Notes: generated from the sequence alone by a model not told the origin. Shown: positions 1 to 7,790, counted from the stretch's first letter. The stretch: DNA of 64,000 nucleotides from Clostridia bacterium (GCA_017516965.1 JAFXAP010000011.1:61219-125218), one strand, 5' to 3'. Made by a program: numbers and translations.

Positions 1-319
1 GAACGATTACGGGCATCGTTTTGAGTCCCAACACTTGACACGCCGCAAATCTGCGGTGACCAGATATCAGTTCAAAGCCGCCGTCTTCAAGCGGTCGTGC
101 AAGGGCGGGGGTTATCGCCCCGACCTTGCGAATGCTCTCAACCATTCGGTCCATTTCTTCGCCCGATTGAATTTTAAAGGGATGATCCTTGAAGGGGTGT
201 AGCTCCTCAAGGGGAATATTGTGTACTCGCTCTAAGCGTGCATCGTCTCTTTCCGCCTGCGTTGAAAAGATTGCATCAATGGGTATGGGCGGCAGAGTAA
301 AATCTGATTTTCTTGCCAT
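1..319 (-). CDS. ParB-like N-terminal (nuclease/CTPase) domain protein. Only the N-terminal 106 aa are present; the C-terminus is off-window. Not in the supplied ORF track.
   Basis: My translation of the reverse strand from the ATG at 319-317 reads MARKSDFTLPPIPIDAIFSTQAERDDARLERVHNIPLEELHPFKDHPFKIQ...FELISGHRRFAACQVLGLKTMPVIV. The HPF..NP-like box and the ISGHRR motif are typical of the ParB/Srx fold. The start abuts the stop of the upstream gene at 320. Confidence 0.7.
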   Translation of the reverse strand, partial: MARKSDFTLPPIPIDAIFSTQAERDDARLERVHNIPLEELHPFKDHPFKIQSGEEMDRMVESIRKVGAITPALARPLEDGGFELISGHRRFAACQVLGLKTMPVIV

Positions 320-535
320 TTATATGACCTCCTTTTTCGCTTTTTTCAGTAATTTAATTAGCTCGTCAATCTCATCTGGATAGAAGGCGATGCCTTTCAA
401 CGGCTTGCCGTTTCTCCAACGCCGCACGTCGATACACGGCTCGTTACTGCTCCATTTGATGATGTTGATTTCCTTTGTGTCGTTGCCGTTTTCTCCTGCA
501 ACTCCGATTTTCTTTATAATTTCGTATTCAAACAT
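320..535 (-). CDS. PC4/YdbC-like ssDNA-binding family protein (71 aa)
   Basis: The pattern FEYEIIKKIGV...KEINIIKWSSNEP.IDVRRW...KGIAF..DEIDELIKLL resembles Lactococcus YdbC (PC4-like fold), recalled from memory. It is tightly packed with the flanking minus-strand genes. Confidence 0.6.
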   Translation of the reverse strand: MFEYEIIKKIGVAGENGNDTKEINIIKWSSNEPCIDVRRWRNGKPLKGIAFYPDEIDELIKLLKKAKKEVI

Positions 536-547
536 TTTTGTTTCCTC

Positions 548-850
548 CTAAAGTTTTTCAATTTGTTTTAAATAGGTTTCACCCTTACTGCTTTGTCCGT
601 AGACAAGCCTGAGCCTTGTGCCGTTGTCCATTTCGTAGAAGCCTAAGTACCTCTGCCACCAGAACACCGGCGTTATGATCTTTCTTCCGTCTACCAACCG
701 AAGAAAAAGGCGAAGCATACCGCCCCTTGCTTCTGCTTTCATTTCGAGCGTTCCGATATATTCACCGGGCTTGTCCATAAAAGCATAATCGTTGGTGACG
801 ATCCCTGCCTCTTGCATTTCTGCTCGGCTGTAGACCTTGCTGTTTGCCAT
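548..850 (-). CDS. Hypothetical protein (100 aa), mobile-element backbone
   Basis: ORF preceded by the SD GGAGTGAG. It runs in the same direction and has similar G+C to the ParB-like and PC4-like genes. I recognise no family. Confidence 0.5.
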   Translation of the reverse strand: MANSKVYSRAEMQEAGIVTNDYAFMDKPGEYIGTLEMKAEARGGMLRLFLRLVDGRKIITPVFWWQRYLGFYEMDNGTRLRLVYGQSSKGETYLKQIEKL

Positions 851-954
851 TTGCTCACTCCTTTCTATAGATTAAAAATTCATTCTTTTTCGGAAAGTAA
901 GTTATATATTTATTTATATATTTAAGACCTCCGACCGTTTTTGGTTTTGACAAC

Positions 955-1445
955 CACCTCCTTTCACTTATTTGGAATTACACCCCTGATTTGCACCCCC
1001 TCACTAATTAGGAATTTTGAGACTGCTTTTGCACACCCAACTCGAAGGAAAATTTTTATCCCTTCACTTATTTGGACAAGGGGTACCGTTTTGGACACCC
1101 ATTTGTCGGGATTTCTGAAAAATATTTTTTTACCCTTCACTTATTTGCAATGGGAAAGGGTGTTTTTTAAGTCTATTTGCAAAATTTCTTTTCACTTGTT
1201 CCCACAGAGCGACCGCAAATTATCGGGTGTTTTGAAAAAATATTTTTGCCCAACCTCAGTTCCTGCTCGGAATCTCACCGTAGCGTTGCCTTGCTCGTAT
1301 CATCGCAAAGTCGTATCAGATCGGCGCTATTCAGTTGTCAAGGTACATTTGAAAGGTTCTTTCACTAATTCGCACTGAGAGAAGCCAATCCACAAGGGTA
1401 CTTCAAAAAGTTCCTTCACTTATTCCCACTGAGCAAGGCAATTTA
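955..1445 (+). repeat. Array of seven direct repeats (iteron-like) in a non-coding region
   Basis: The core TTCACTnnTTnSS occurs at 963-975, 1000-1012 (variant CTCACTAATTAGG), 1063-1075, 1136-1148, 1191-1203, 1371-1383 and 1425-1437. The last three extend to TTCACTnnTTCnCACnGAG. A second repeat, TGAAAAA(A)TATTTTT, occurs near 1116-1130 and 1233-1248. Confidence 0.8.
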
Positions 1446-1602
1446 CTAACCCCCTCTACTTTTAATTGCTGAATTTTTTTGGCGTTTAGACACTTTTCTT
1501 TCAGAAAAAGTATAAAAAAAGACGCCTATCTTTCGTAAGCGTCAGATGATCTATTAAATTTCAAAAAATGATAACACAAATAAATTTTTATTATCATTTT
1601 TA

Positions 1603-1631
1603 TTGACAAAATCCAAGTATCGAGATATAAT
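1603..1631 (+). promoter_or_regulatory. SigA-type promoter for the XRE-RM operon
   Basis: TTGACA (1603-1608), a 17-nt spacer, then TATAAT (1626-1631). Both hexamers are consensus. Confidence 0.75.
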
Positions 1632-1672
1632 AGTTTGTAAGCTAACTAACTTACATATAGGAGGTGATTTAT

Positions 1673-2083
1673 ATGCCTAAAAAAGACAACAATATTGAAT
1701 TTGTTGATTTAGATTCTCTTGAATACGAAGTTTTTGAATTCGGAAAATATTTACGGTCCGTACGACAAGCCAAAGGTATTTCGATCCGTCAGTTAGCTAA
1801 AGATGTTAATAAAACGCCAACGTATTTAAGCGATATTGAAAACGGGCATAACAAACCACCTGAAAAAGAACTGCTTGAAACTATTATTCAAAAGCTTAAT
1901 CTTGATGATTTTCCCAGGGTTAAATCTACACTATTTGATTTGGCTGCCAAGGAAAGAAATGATATACCTGCTGATGTTAAGGACTACATCATGAGTAATC
2001 AAACTTTATTAAGAATAATCCGTACCGCAAAAGATAGACCTAATAGTGAGCAAATATGGTCACAGATTGCGAAAACTATATAA
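1673..2083 (+). CDS. XRE-family helix-turn-helix regulator, controller (C-protein)-like, first gene of the RM operon
   Basis: HTH segment LRSVRQAKGISIRQLAKDVNKTPTYLSDIENG. AGGAGG (1659-1664) lies 8 nt before the ATG at 1673, so I prefer that start over the GTG at 1664 in the ORF track. Confidence 0.8.
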   Translation: MPKKDNNIEFVDLDSLEYEVFEFGKYLRSVRQAKGISIRQLAKDVNKTPTYLSDIENGHNKPPEKELLETIIQKLNLDDFPRVKSTLFDLAAKERNDIPADVKDYIMSNQTLLRIIRTAKDRPNSEQIWSQIAKTI

Positions 2084-2099
2084 TTTGGAGGTAAAAGCA

Positions 2100-4136
2100 A
2101 TGGCTAAAAAGCAAAAGAAACAGGAGGCTCTCTCTGTTAGCCGACTTATTAATGAAGTATTGGTGGCACAATTAAGCATTCCTTTCCGCCAAATTGTAAA
2201 TGATACTACTTTCTCAAAATATACTGGTTCAAAACGTCCGGATATTCTTATTTCTGAATTTGAATACGATGGTACTAACGATGAACAGTACATTAAAAAC
2301 CTTGTGGCATATGCCGAAGCGAAAGACGATTGCAAGGTTGGAGATAAGGATTGGAAAGATGCTTTGAAGCAGGGCAAAATCAAAGCACCTAAACTAGGCT
2401 TGCCTTACTTTATCGTTACAAACTGTAAAACCACATATTTTTATAATGCGAAAACCTTGAAACAGTTAACACTCAACGGTAATCCGATTCGTGAATTTCA
2501 GACCATTGATATTTATAGACTTATCAAGAACAAATTAACTGCAAATCCCGACTTGGATGCAATCAACACCAATGTTGACTCTATCTCTACAATCTCTGAA
2601 GCCATCTTTAACAAGAAGCTTTGGGAATTAGCAGGAGTGTATCGTGGCATAAACTTTAAGGACAATGTACAAAAGATTGACTTTACGGTTGGCTTTGTTG
2701 CCCTTGAATATTTTGAAGAAAAAGAAGAAATAGACGGCAACAAAGATGCATCTAAAGTATATTGGTCTACTTGTGATGATGAGGTTGCCGAAAAAGTAAA
2801 GAATAATTTAAGCGGTTATATTAGCCGCTTGGAAGATGAAACTACTTTCAAAGAATTCAAAAATGTTATGGAAGTAGTTAGAATTGCAATAAGTGGCGAT
2901 GGTAAAAACAAGCCTCTTATTAGTGTTGATGATGTTAAACAAATTTACAGCATAATTGATTCCATGAAACCTTTGCACGGAACTGGATTCGACTTGTTTG
3001 GTGCAGTTTACGAAATGTTTGCGTCGTCTAAAGAGAAAAAAGATTTCGGTGAGTATTTTACACGACGTCATTATACGCATATATTCTCTAAGTTGTTGTT
3101 ACAAGATGAAGATGTTTACAACGAAAAGAAGGAATTTTCAATTATAGATCCCGCTTGTGGTACAGGTGGATTCTTAACCGAGAGCTTTAAAGTCTTATTA
3201 AACAATTATGAAAAAAGCGGCACTTTGACTACTGAAGCAAGAGAGTTCCTTTCTAAAAAGTGTTTTTATGGCGTAGATGTCAGAGATGAAAATATATCAA
3301 GAACTCGTTTGAATATGTTCTTGGTTGGCGACGGGCATACCCATATGTATTCGGACAATTCTTTGAATCCAACAAGACAAAACGGCAAAGCCACGCTTAG
3401 CAAAAAATATCAGTATGTAATAACAAACCCTCCGTATGGTAACGGTACAATCAAAGCAAAAACCAACGCAATTTCCACAAACAGAACGGAGATAGCATTT
3501 ATTTGCAAAGTTATTGACCTGCTTGAAGTTGGCGGTAAAGCTTGTATCATTACCCCAGATGGCGTATTAGAAAACCCATCATACAAGAAACTTCGTCAAG
3601 AAATACTTGAAAAGTGTGAAATATATGCAATAGTTTCTTTGCCGAAATTTGCTTTTGCACCTTACACCAAGGAAAAGACCTATGCTTTATTCATCAAAAA
3701 GCGCAGCGAAAAAGTAACCAAAATACAAGATAAACCTATTTGGATGTATATCATTGACAATGATGGATTGGCCAATTCGGATAAAAGATTCCCAACTAAA
3801 CTACGTAACAACCGCAATGGTTGGATGCACGATGAAATATCCGGTTGGGTCAGTACTGATGGTGTTGAAATGCCTGGTGTTTTAGAAAAAAGGTGGTTAA
3901 CTTTTGATGATAGTACTAACCTTACTATGTGGATTGATGAGAAAGGTATCGCACAAACCGCAAGAAAGGGTGGTAATATCGATATTAATACAATCAAAAA
4001 CGATCATTATAAAACGCTGTTACCAGAGTATTATTTAAGACCATATTCTCCGCATTATATTAGTGAAACTGATTTTGAAGATGAATTAAAACAAATAGAT
4101 AATAGTATAAGGGGGTTGCTTGATGAAATTTCTTGA
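2100..4136 (+). CDS. Fused restriction endonuclease / N6-adenine DNA methyltransferase subunit, BcgI-A-like (type IIB/IIG)
   Basis: Gamma-class MTase motif I DPACGTGGFL precedes motif IV NPPYG. An N-terminal PD-(D/E)xK-like signature is present (RPDILISE...AYAEAKDD). GGAGG precedes the ATG at 2100. No separate HsdR gene is present. Confidence 0.8.
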   Translation: MAKKQKKQEALSVSRLINEVLVAQLSIPFRQIVNDTTFSKYTGSKRPDILISEFEYDGTNDEQYIKNLVAYAEAKDDCKVGDKDWKDALKQGKIKAPKLGLPYFIVTNCKTTYFYNAKTLKQLTLNGNPIREFQTIDIYRLIKNKLTANPDLDAINTNVDSISTISEAIFNKKLWELAGVYRGINFKDNVQKIDFTVGFVALEYFEEKEEIDGNKDASKVYWSTCDDEVAEKVKNNLSGYISRLEDETTFKEFKNVMEVVRIAISGDGKNKPLISVDDVKQIYSIIDSMKPLHGTGFDLFGAVYEMFASSKEKKDFGEYFTRRHYTHIFSKLLLQDEDVYNEKKEFSIIDPACGTGGFLTESFKVLLNNYEKSGTLTTEAREFLSKKCFYGVDVRDENISRTRLNMFLVGDGHTHMYSDNSLNPTRQNGKATLSKKYQYVITNPPYGNGTIKAKTNAISTNRTEIAFICKVIDLLEVGGKACIITPDGVLENPSYKKLRQEILEKCEIYAIVSLPKFAFAPYTKEKTYALFIKKRSEKVTKIQDKPIWMYIIDNDGLANSDKRFPTKLRNNRNGWMHDEISGWVSTDGVEMPGVLEKRWLTFDDSTNLTMWIDEKGIAQTARKGGNIDINTIKNDHYKTLLPEYYLRPYSPHYISETDFEDELKQIDNSIRGLLDEIS

Positions 4137-5238
4137 TGTTTTTAATGAAATTGAAAAAGGCAATTATGCATTAACGGATGAAGCTATTTATGTATCACTA
4201 CAAAATGGCGATGAGTTAATTCCCTTATATGGTGGAAATAAAGAACATAAAACAACAGACCGAAGAATTTCTATTTCCGCAAAAACGAAAAAAGGTGCAA
4301 CTATTAAAATTTTCTCTGGAGAAGGCATAATTATTAGCTTGGATGGCAGTGCTGGAAGTATGACATATAAAAACGGAGAAAAGTTTGCTTTAAATCATCA
4401 CGCAGGATTCATAACTTTACGCAAAGATGCTATTGATAAAGTGAACCTTGAATATTTCTCGTTATTCTTACAAAATTTTTATAGAGAAATGGGGGTAAGT
4501 GACGGCTCAAAAACATTATCATTGGAGCAGATTTATGCAGAGGAGTTTACGCTCCCTGATTATAATGTTCAATGTAATATTTTGAATTCTTTGAAACCCA
4601 TCAAAGATAAACTAGATGCCTTAATAAGGGTGAAGAACCATTGTTATGAGTTGATAAACAAAGAATTGACACCTGAATATAGTCAATATCAAGGAAAGCA
4701 AATCGAAATTTCAAAATGTATCGATTATATGAGCGGTTCTTCAAAATTAACTGAAGAGATGAACTATCAGCGACTAAAAATAGATGGCGATAAGTATTTG
4801 TTACTAACAGGCGCAACAGTCAAAGAAAACACTTATGTTACACTAAACGAAACTGTGAACGTACCCAAATTTGAACAAAGAGATGGATTGTTAGTAACGA
4901 GAAAAGGTAAAGCCGGAAATGTTCGATATTTACCTAAGGGTCATTATACTTTAAATGATGATGCGTATATTTTGTATGAAAGAGATGATTCTGAATATAA
5001 AATAAACTTACAGTGGCTATCAATTCAATATAAGCAAGAATTTCTTTTGCACGCATCAAATTCTGATAACGGAACATGGAACATGACAGGCTTTTTTGAG
5101 TGTACAAAGGTTGATATACCAAGTTTTGATGAACAACTATCTGTAGTAAATAATTACAACGCTTTACTACGTCGTATAAAAACAATTGAAGCTATAGAAA
5201 ATCAATACTATGAGCTCATCGCAAAAGAAATAGCATAA
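4123..5238 (+). CDS. Restriction-modification specificity subunit (HsdS/BcgI-B-like, two target-recognition halves)
   Basis: It overlaps the RM subunit stop by 14 nt and has an AAGGGGG SD. Two divergent halves are each followed by a helical conserved spacer (..LDALIRVKNHCYELINKEL.. and ..LLRRIKTIEAIENQYYELIAKEI), as in HsdS proteins. Confidence 0.75.
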   Translation: MKFLDVFNEIEKGNYALTDEAIYVSLQNGDELIPLYGGNKEHKTTDRRISISAKTKKGATIKIFSGEGIIISLDGSAGSMTYKNGEKFALNHHAGFITLRKDAIDKVNLEYFSLFLQNFYREMGVSDGSKTLSLEQIYAEEFTLPDYNVQCNILNSLKPIKDKLDALIRVKNHCYELINKELTPEYSQYQGKQIEISKCIDYMSGSSKLTEEMNYQRLKIDGDKYLLLTGATVKENTYVTLNETVNVPKFEQRDGLLVTRKGKAGNVRYLPKGHYTLNDDAYILYERDDSEYKINLQWLSIQYKQEFLLHASNSDNGTWNMTGFFECTKVDIPSFDEQLSVVNNYNALLRRIKTIEAIENQYYELIAKEIA

Positions 5239-5243
5239 AAGTG

Positions 5244-5287
5244 AAAAAGTGGGATAGCAACATTGTGTTGCGGCCCACTTTTCTTTT
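5244..5287. terminator. Bidirectional hairpin terminator between the convergent S-subunit and tnpV genes
   Basis: AAGTGGG (5247-5253) pairs with CCCACTT (5274-5280), with an inner GCAAC/GTTGC stem. An A-run lies upstream and a T-run downstream. Confidence 0.6.
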
Positions 5288-5657
5288 ACAAACAAATCTT
5301 TTCAGTATTGACGACTTCCTTTACACACTCACGGATAATATTCATCTTCTGCACCCACTTCATTTGGTCGGGGGCTTTGAGTTGTTCGGTGATGCCCTCT
5401 TTTTCGGCGTATTCTTTTACTAACCGAGAAAAAAGGTTTTGCGCTTGTTCTTCGACGTCTGCAAGGTGGGAATGGAGCTTGCCGGAAGTGAGCAGGTTAT
5501 GATACATAACTTTGCGATGGTGCTTTAGGTAGTGTAAGCGGCGTTGTCCCCATACGCCGATCGGTCGAGTATCATTTTCTTCTACGGTTAGATTCGGCAA
5601 GCGGTAGTCGCCCTGCATTGTGTACGTGCCGCCGTGTTGTTCGAATAATGTTTTCAT
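5286..5657 (-). CDS. tnpV: TnpV-family transposon-encoded protein (123 aa)
   Basis: MKTLFEQHGGTYTMQGDYRLPNLTVEENDTRPIGVWGQRRLHYLKHHRKVMY..LLTSGKLHSHLADVEEQA matches my recollection of Tn4451-type TnpV. AAAGGAGG lies 8 nt before the ATG at 5657, so the upstream extension in the ORF track is unlikely. Confidence 0.75.
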   Translation of the reverse strand: MKTLFEQHGGTYTMQGDYRLPNLTVEENDTRPIGVWGQRRLHYLKHHRKVMYHNLLTSGKLHSHLADVEEQAQNLFSRLVKEYAEKEGITEQLKAPDQMKWVQKMNIIRECVKEVVNTEKICL

Positions 5658-5663
5658 ATAGCA

Positions 5664-5702
5664 AAACCTCCTTTGATGCTTTGATTGTACCAAAGGAGGT
5701 TT
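5664..5702 (-). promoter_or_regulatory. 12-bp perfect hairpin that sequesters the tnpV Shine-Dalgarno sequence
   Basis: AAACCTCCTTTG (5664-5675) pairs with CAAAGGAGGTTT (5691-5702) around a 15-nt loop. In the minus-strand RNA the 3' arm contains the tnpV SD (AAAGGAGG) and is followed by TTTTG. Confidence 0.6.
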
Positions 5703-5786
5703 GTTTTTGCGAATGTGTGATTTTGAAAATTGCAAATGGGTATTAGGGTGTCCCTAACGAGTACTGTTTTGCGACAATCGGAGTAC

Positions 5787-5879
5787 AAACGGTCTGCTCG
5801 CTAAGATGATGCAATCATTGGGCGAGCGAGCGTTTTACGGGAATGTATATATAAACAGTCTGCTCGCTAAGATGATACA
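5787..5879. repeat. Two copies of a roughly 26-nt direct repeat, 66 nt apart
   Basis: AAACRGTCTGCTCGCTAAGATGATRCA occurs with cores at 5792-5813 and 5858-5879. It lies upstream of tnpV and downstream of the neighbouring gene's terminator. Confidence 0.8.
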
Positions 5880-5892
5880 GATATTTTTTTCC

Positions 5893-5942
5893 AAACAAAA
5901 AACAAGCACAGCGGACAGAGTTTTAATTCTATCTGCTATGCT
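5893..5942 (-). terminator. Rho-independent terminator downstream of the 5956-6255 gene
   Basis: A 14-bp imperfect stem (5905-5918 with 5929-5942) is followed on the minus strand by TGTTTTTTGTTTGG. Confidence 0.6.
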
Positions 5943-5955
5943 TTTGTAATTGATT

Positions 5956-6255
5956 TTATTCCTTTAACAAGTCCTCGAACGGTGTTTCGGTTGAAATGAA
6001 AGCATCATAAGCGAAGTTGGCGCCGAGGCGAAAACCCATAATAAAACTGTCAAGATTTGATTCGCCGTTGACAATGCTCCACGCATTTGAGAAGTCCAAA
6101 AACCATTTCTTCGGCTCGTCGGTCAAAGCGTTTGTGAGCAAATCTTCTGTCTTCATCAGCACTTCCATTTGCTTTTGTACCGTCTTATTTTGCTTCGTAC
6201 TGCGTGCCTGCGGATCAATATTTCCGTAATAAAATTCTTCAATAAACCGTGCCAT
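5956..6255 (-). CDS. Small conserved Clostridia mobile-element protein (99 aa). It resembles the family I recall as DUF6809; the family number is unverified.
   Basis: MARFIEEFYYGNIDPQ......GFRLGANFAYDAF matches the recurring ..YYGNI.P.. and GFRLGA pattern of small proteins found in Clostridia ICEs. GAGGAGGTG precedes the ATG at 6255. Confidence 0.5.
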   Translation of the reverse strand: MARFIEEFYYGNIDPQARSTKQNKTVQKQMEVLMKTEDLLTNALTDEPKKWFLDFSNAWSIVNGESNLDSFIMGFRLGANFAYDAFISTETPFEDLLKE

Positions 6256-6351
6256 AGTCAGCACCTCCTCATGCCTAAAGTTTAGCAAAAGGAGAAAGAA
6301 ACTGCGACTCTGCAAATTTAAAAATCGCACATTGGTATAATTTATTGAAAC

Positions 6352-6382
6352 AAAAATAAGCAACTACCGTTAAGATAGTTGC
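6352..6382 (-). terminator. Rho-independent terminator closing the protease cassette
   Basis: GCAACTACC (6360-6368) pairs with GATAGTTGC (6374-6382), including one G-U pair. On the minus strand it is followed by TTATTTTT. It lies 10 nt after the protease stop. Confidence 0.7.
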
Positions 6383-6391
6383 TTATGTGTT

Positions 6392-7303
6392 TTACGGTTG
6401 TATCACAATATACGAACCTTTACCCAAATGATTTTCAATAATTTTTACACAAGGAGCTACATCAAATGTCACTAAAGTTGCATGAAAAACACTCAACACT
6501 TTATCCTGGAGTTCCTGATCGTTTTCGAGAAGAGTAATTTTTAATCCCTTTTCTTGAGCCAACTGATAATTTATAGGACGTCCGTGTGTTTTGTGTTCAT
6601 TAAAATCTCCTAACCAGCCCGCAATAGAAGCCCCTTTCTTGTCATCATCTTTAAACATATAAGTGTCGAGCCATTCCGCAACTTTCGATTTAGAAAGATC
6701 AATTGTTTTCTGACACAAATCCAAGAAGCCATTAGGAATTTCCATAAGTTTGGGGATCCAAACATTTGCGGAATTTTTATCGGCAGCAATTTCTATTTTT
6801 GCTCTTTCAAAATCCGCAAGAATAGAGTGTGCAGGTAAAGTGTGTGCAACTCCGTTTTGTTTTACAAGCGTCATTTGGGGATCGATAGGGCCTATTGCTG
6901 ATTGTTTTCCCATAACAATTTCATCACATGCGCACGCTAACATCGTGGCAGCAGACATTGCACTTTGTGGAATAATAGCTCGAATATATTGATATTTTGC
7001 TCTTAAATATTGAACCAATTGCTCAGTAGCTTCAAGGGAACCGCCAGGGCTGTGAATTATCAAATCAAGTTTATCACCTTTTAATCCATTAAGGCAAGTC
7101 ATGAAACCCTGAATATCATTAGAACCAATACTCAAAAGATTGCCTGGTACGTTTGGATGCCTACAAGGAAAAGATGCAGCATAAACTATTGTATCATTTC
7201 CGGTGTACTCGTTCAAATTAGACAGATACTCTCTTCGAATAATATCTTGTCCTGCATTTTTATATTCTACAATTTTTCCTAATATCTCATTTTTGTTAGC
7301 CAT
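6392..7303 (-). CDS. ClpP-fold serine protease of the S49 / SDH (serine dehydrogenase proteinase-like) family, 303 aa
   Basis: LDLIIHSPGGSLEAT (oxyanion-hole/GG element) and IIPQSAMSAATMLACACDEIVMG (nucleophile Ser context) are typical of SppA/SDH_sah-type Clp-fold peptidases. No signal peptide or TM segment is evident. AAGGTGGA lies upstream of the ATG at 7303. Confidence 0.75.
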   Translation of the reverse strand: MANKNEILGKIVEYKNAGQDIIRREYLSNLNEYTGNDTIVYAASFPCRHPNVPGNLLSIGSNDIQGFMTCLNGLKGDKLDLIIHSPGGSLEATEQLVQYLRAKYQYIRAIIPQSAMSAATMLACACDEIVMGKQSAIGPIDPQMTLVKQNGVAHTLPAHSILADFERAKIEIAADKNSANVWIPKLMEIPNGFLDLCQKTIDLSKSKVAEWLDTYMFKDDDKKGASIAGWLGDFNEHKTHGRPINYQLAQEKGLKITLLENDQELQDKVLSVFHATLVTFDVAPCVKIIENHLGKGSYIVIQP

Positions 7304-7481
7304 TACTTCCACCTTCGCAAATTACAAAACTGTACTGTTCACTAGCAACTTCACAAGACTCTTTGATGCTAAGGATTTGATTAAAAAATTCGTTATCACT
7401 TTCAGCAAACTCTTTAAAAAGCAATTCCTTTTCTTTTTCTAAGGTATTAATAGCATAATCTTTAAACTGTTCTTTAACCAT
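7296..7481 (-). CDS. Small acidic protein (61 aa), translationally coupled to the protease
   Basis: GGAGGA lies 7 nt before the ATG at 7481. Its stop overlaps the protease start by 8 nt (ATGGCTAA). I count 13 D/E against 6 K/R, and the composition looks helical. I recognise no family. Confidence 0.6.
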   Translation of the reverse strand: MVKEQFKDYAINTLEKEKELLFKEFAESDNEFFNQILSIKESCEVASEQYSFVICEGGSNG

Positions 7482-7497
7482 AGGTTAATCCTCCACG

Positions 7498-7578
7498 GTT
7501 TCATATTATGATGAAACAAAACAAGTTGATGAATATATCTATATTCGATATTATAACACATAATTTTAAATAAATAAA
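7498..7578 (-). promoter_or_regulatory. Candidate internal promoter plus operator for the small-ORF/protease pair
   Basis: On the minus strand an extended -10 TGTTATAAT is the complement of 7550-7558, with a weak -35 TTTATT (7573-7578). A perfect inverted repeat GTTTCAT-N6-ATGAAAC (7498-7517) sits between this -10 and the SD. Confidence 0.5.
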
Positions 7579-7586
7579 GTATAAAT

Positions 7587-7790
7587 TTAATCATCCCATT
7601 TTCGTCCCGGTACGGCTTCCATATCGAACATTGCAAGGGCTTGGTTGATTTTATGGAGTGTGATATTGTCTTTGCCTTGTTCAAGGTCACGGAGAGCATG
7701 TAGACCTATTCCGGAGAGCTCTGCGAACCTCTCTTGAGTTAGATGGGCGGCTTTACGCTCCATTTTAATATATTCGGCTATCTTATTCAT
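7587..7790 (-). CDS. XRE-family HTH protein, HipB/y4mF-like (67 aa)
   Basis: MERKAAHLTQERFAELSGIGLHALRDLEQGKDNITLHKINQAL is the short HTH type usually encoded just upstream of HipA-family kinases. No HipA gene follows here. The SD is weak. Overlapping palindromes at 7797-7832 lie immediately upstream. Confidence 0.75.
   Translation of the reverse strand: MNKIAEYIKMERKAAHLTQERFAELSGIGLHALRDLEQGKDNITLHKINQALAMFDMEAVPGRKWDD

Noticed and set aside
941-1378. A 145-aa plus-strand ORF and an overlapping 63-aa ORF (1177-1368)
   Set aside because: The sequence is built from the direct-repeat array. Its composition is not protein-like (repeated FHLF/SLI segments that mirror the DNA repeats), there is no SD, and the start codon is non-canonical. 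I treat it as non-coding.
5241-5502. 60-aa and 79-aa plus-strand ORFs opposite tnpV
   Set aside because: They are antisense to the well-matched TnpV gene and start within the bidirectional terminator.
7439-7699. An 86-aa minus-strand ORF overlapping the XRE gene and the promoter gap
   Set aside because: It is out of frame with, and overlaps, the well-supported XRE gene. It has no SD and an odd composition. It spans the AT-rich promoter region.
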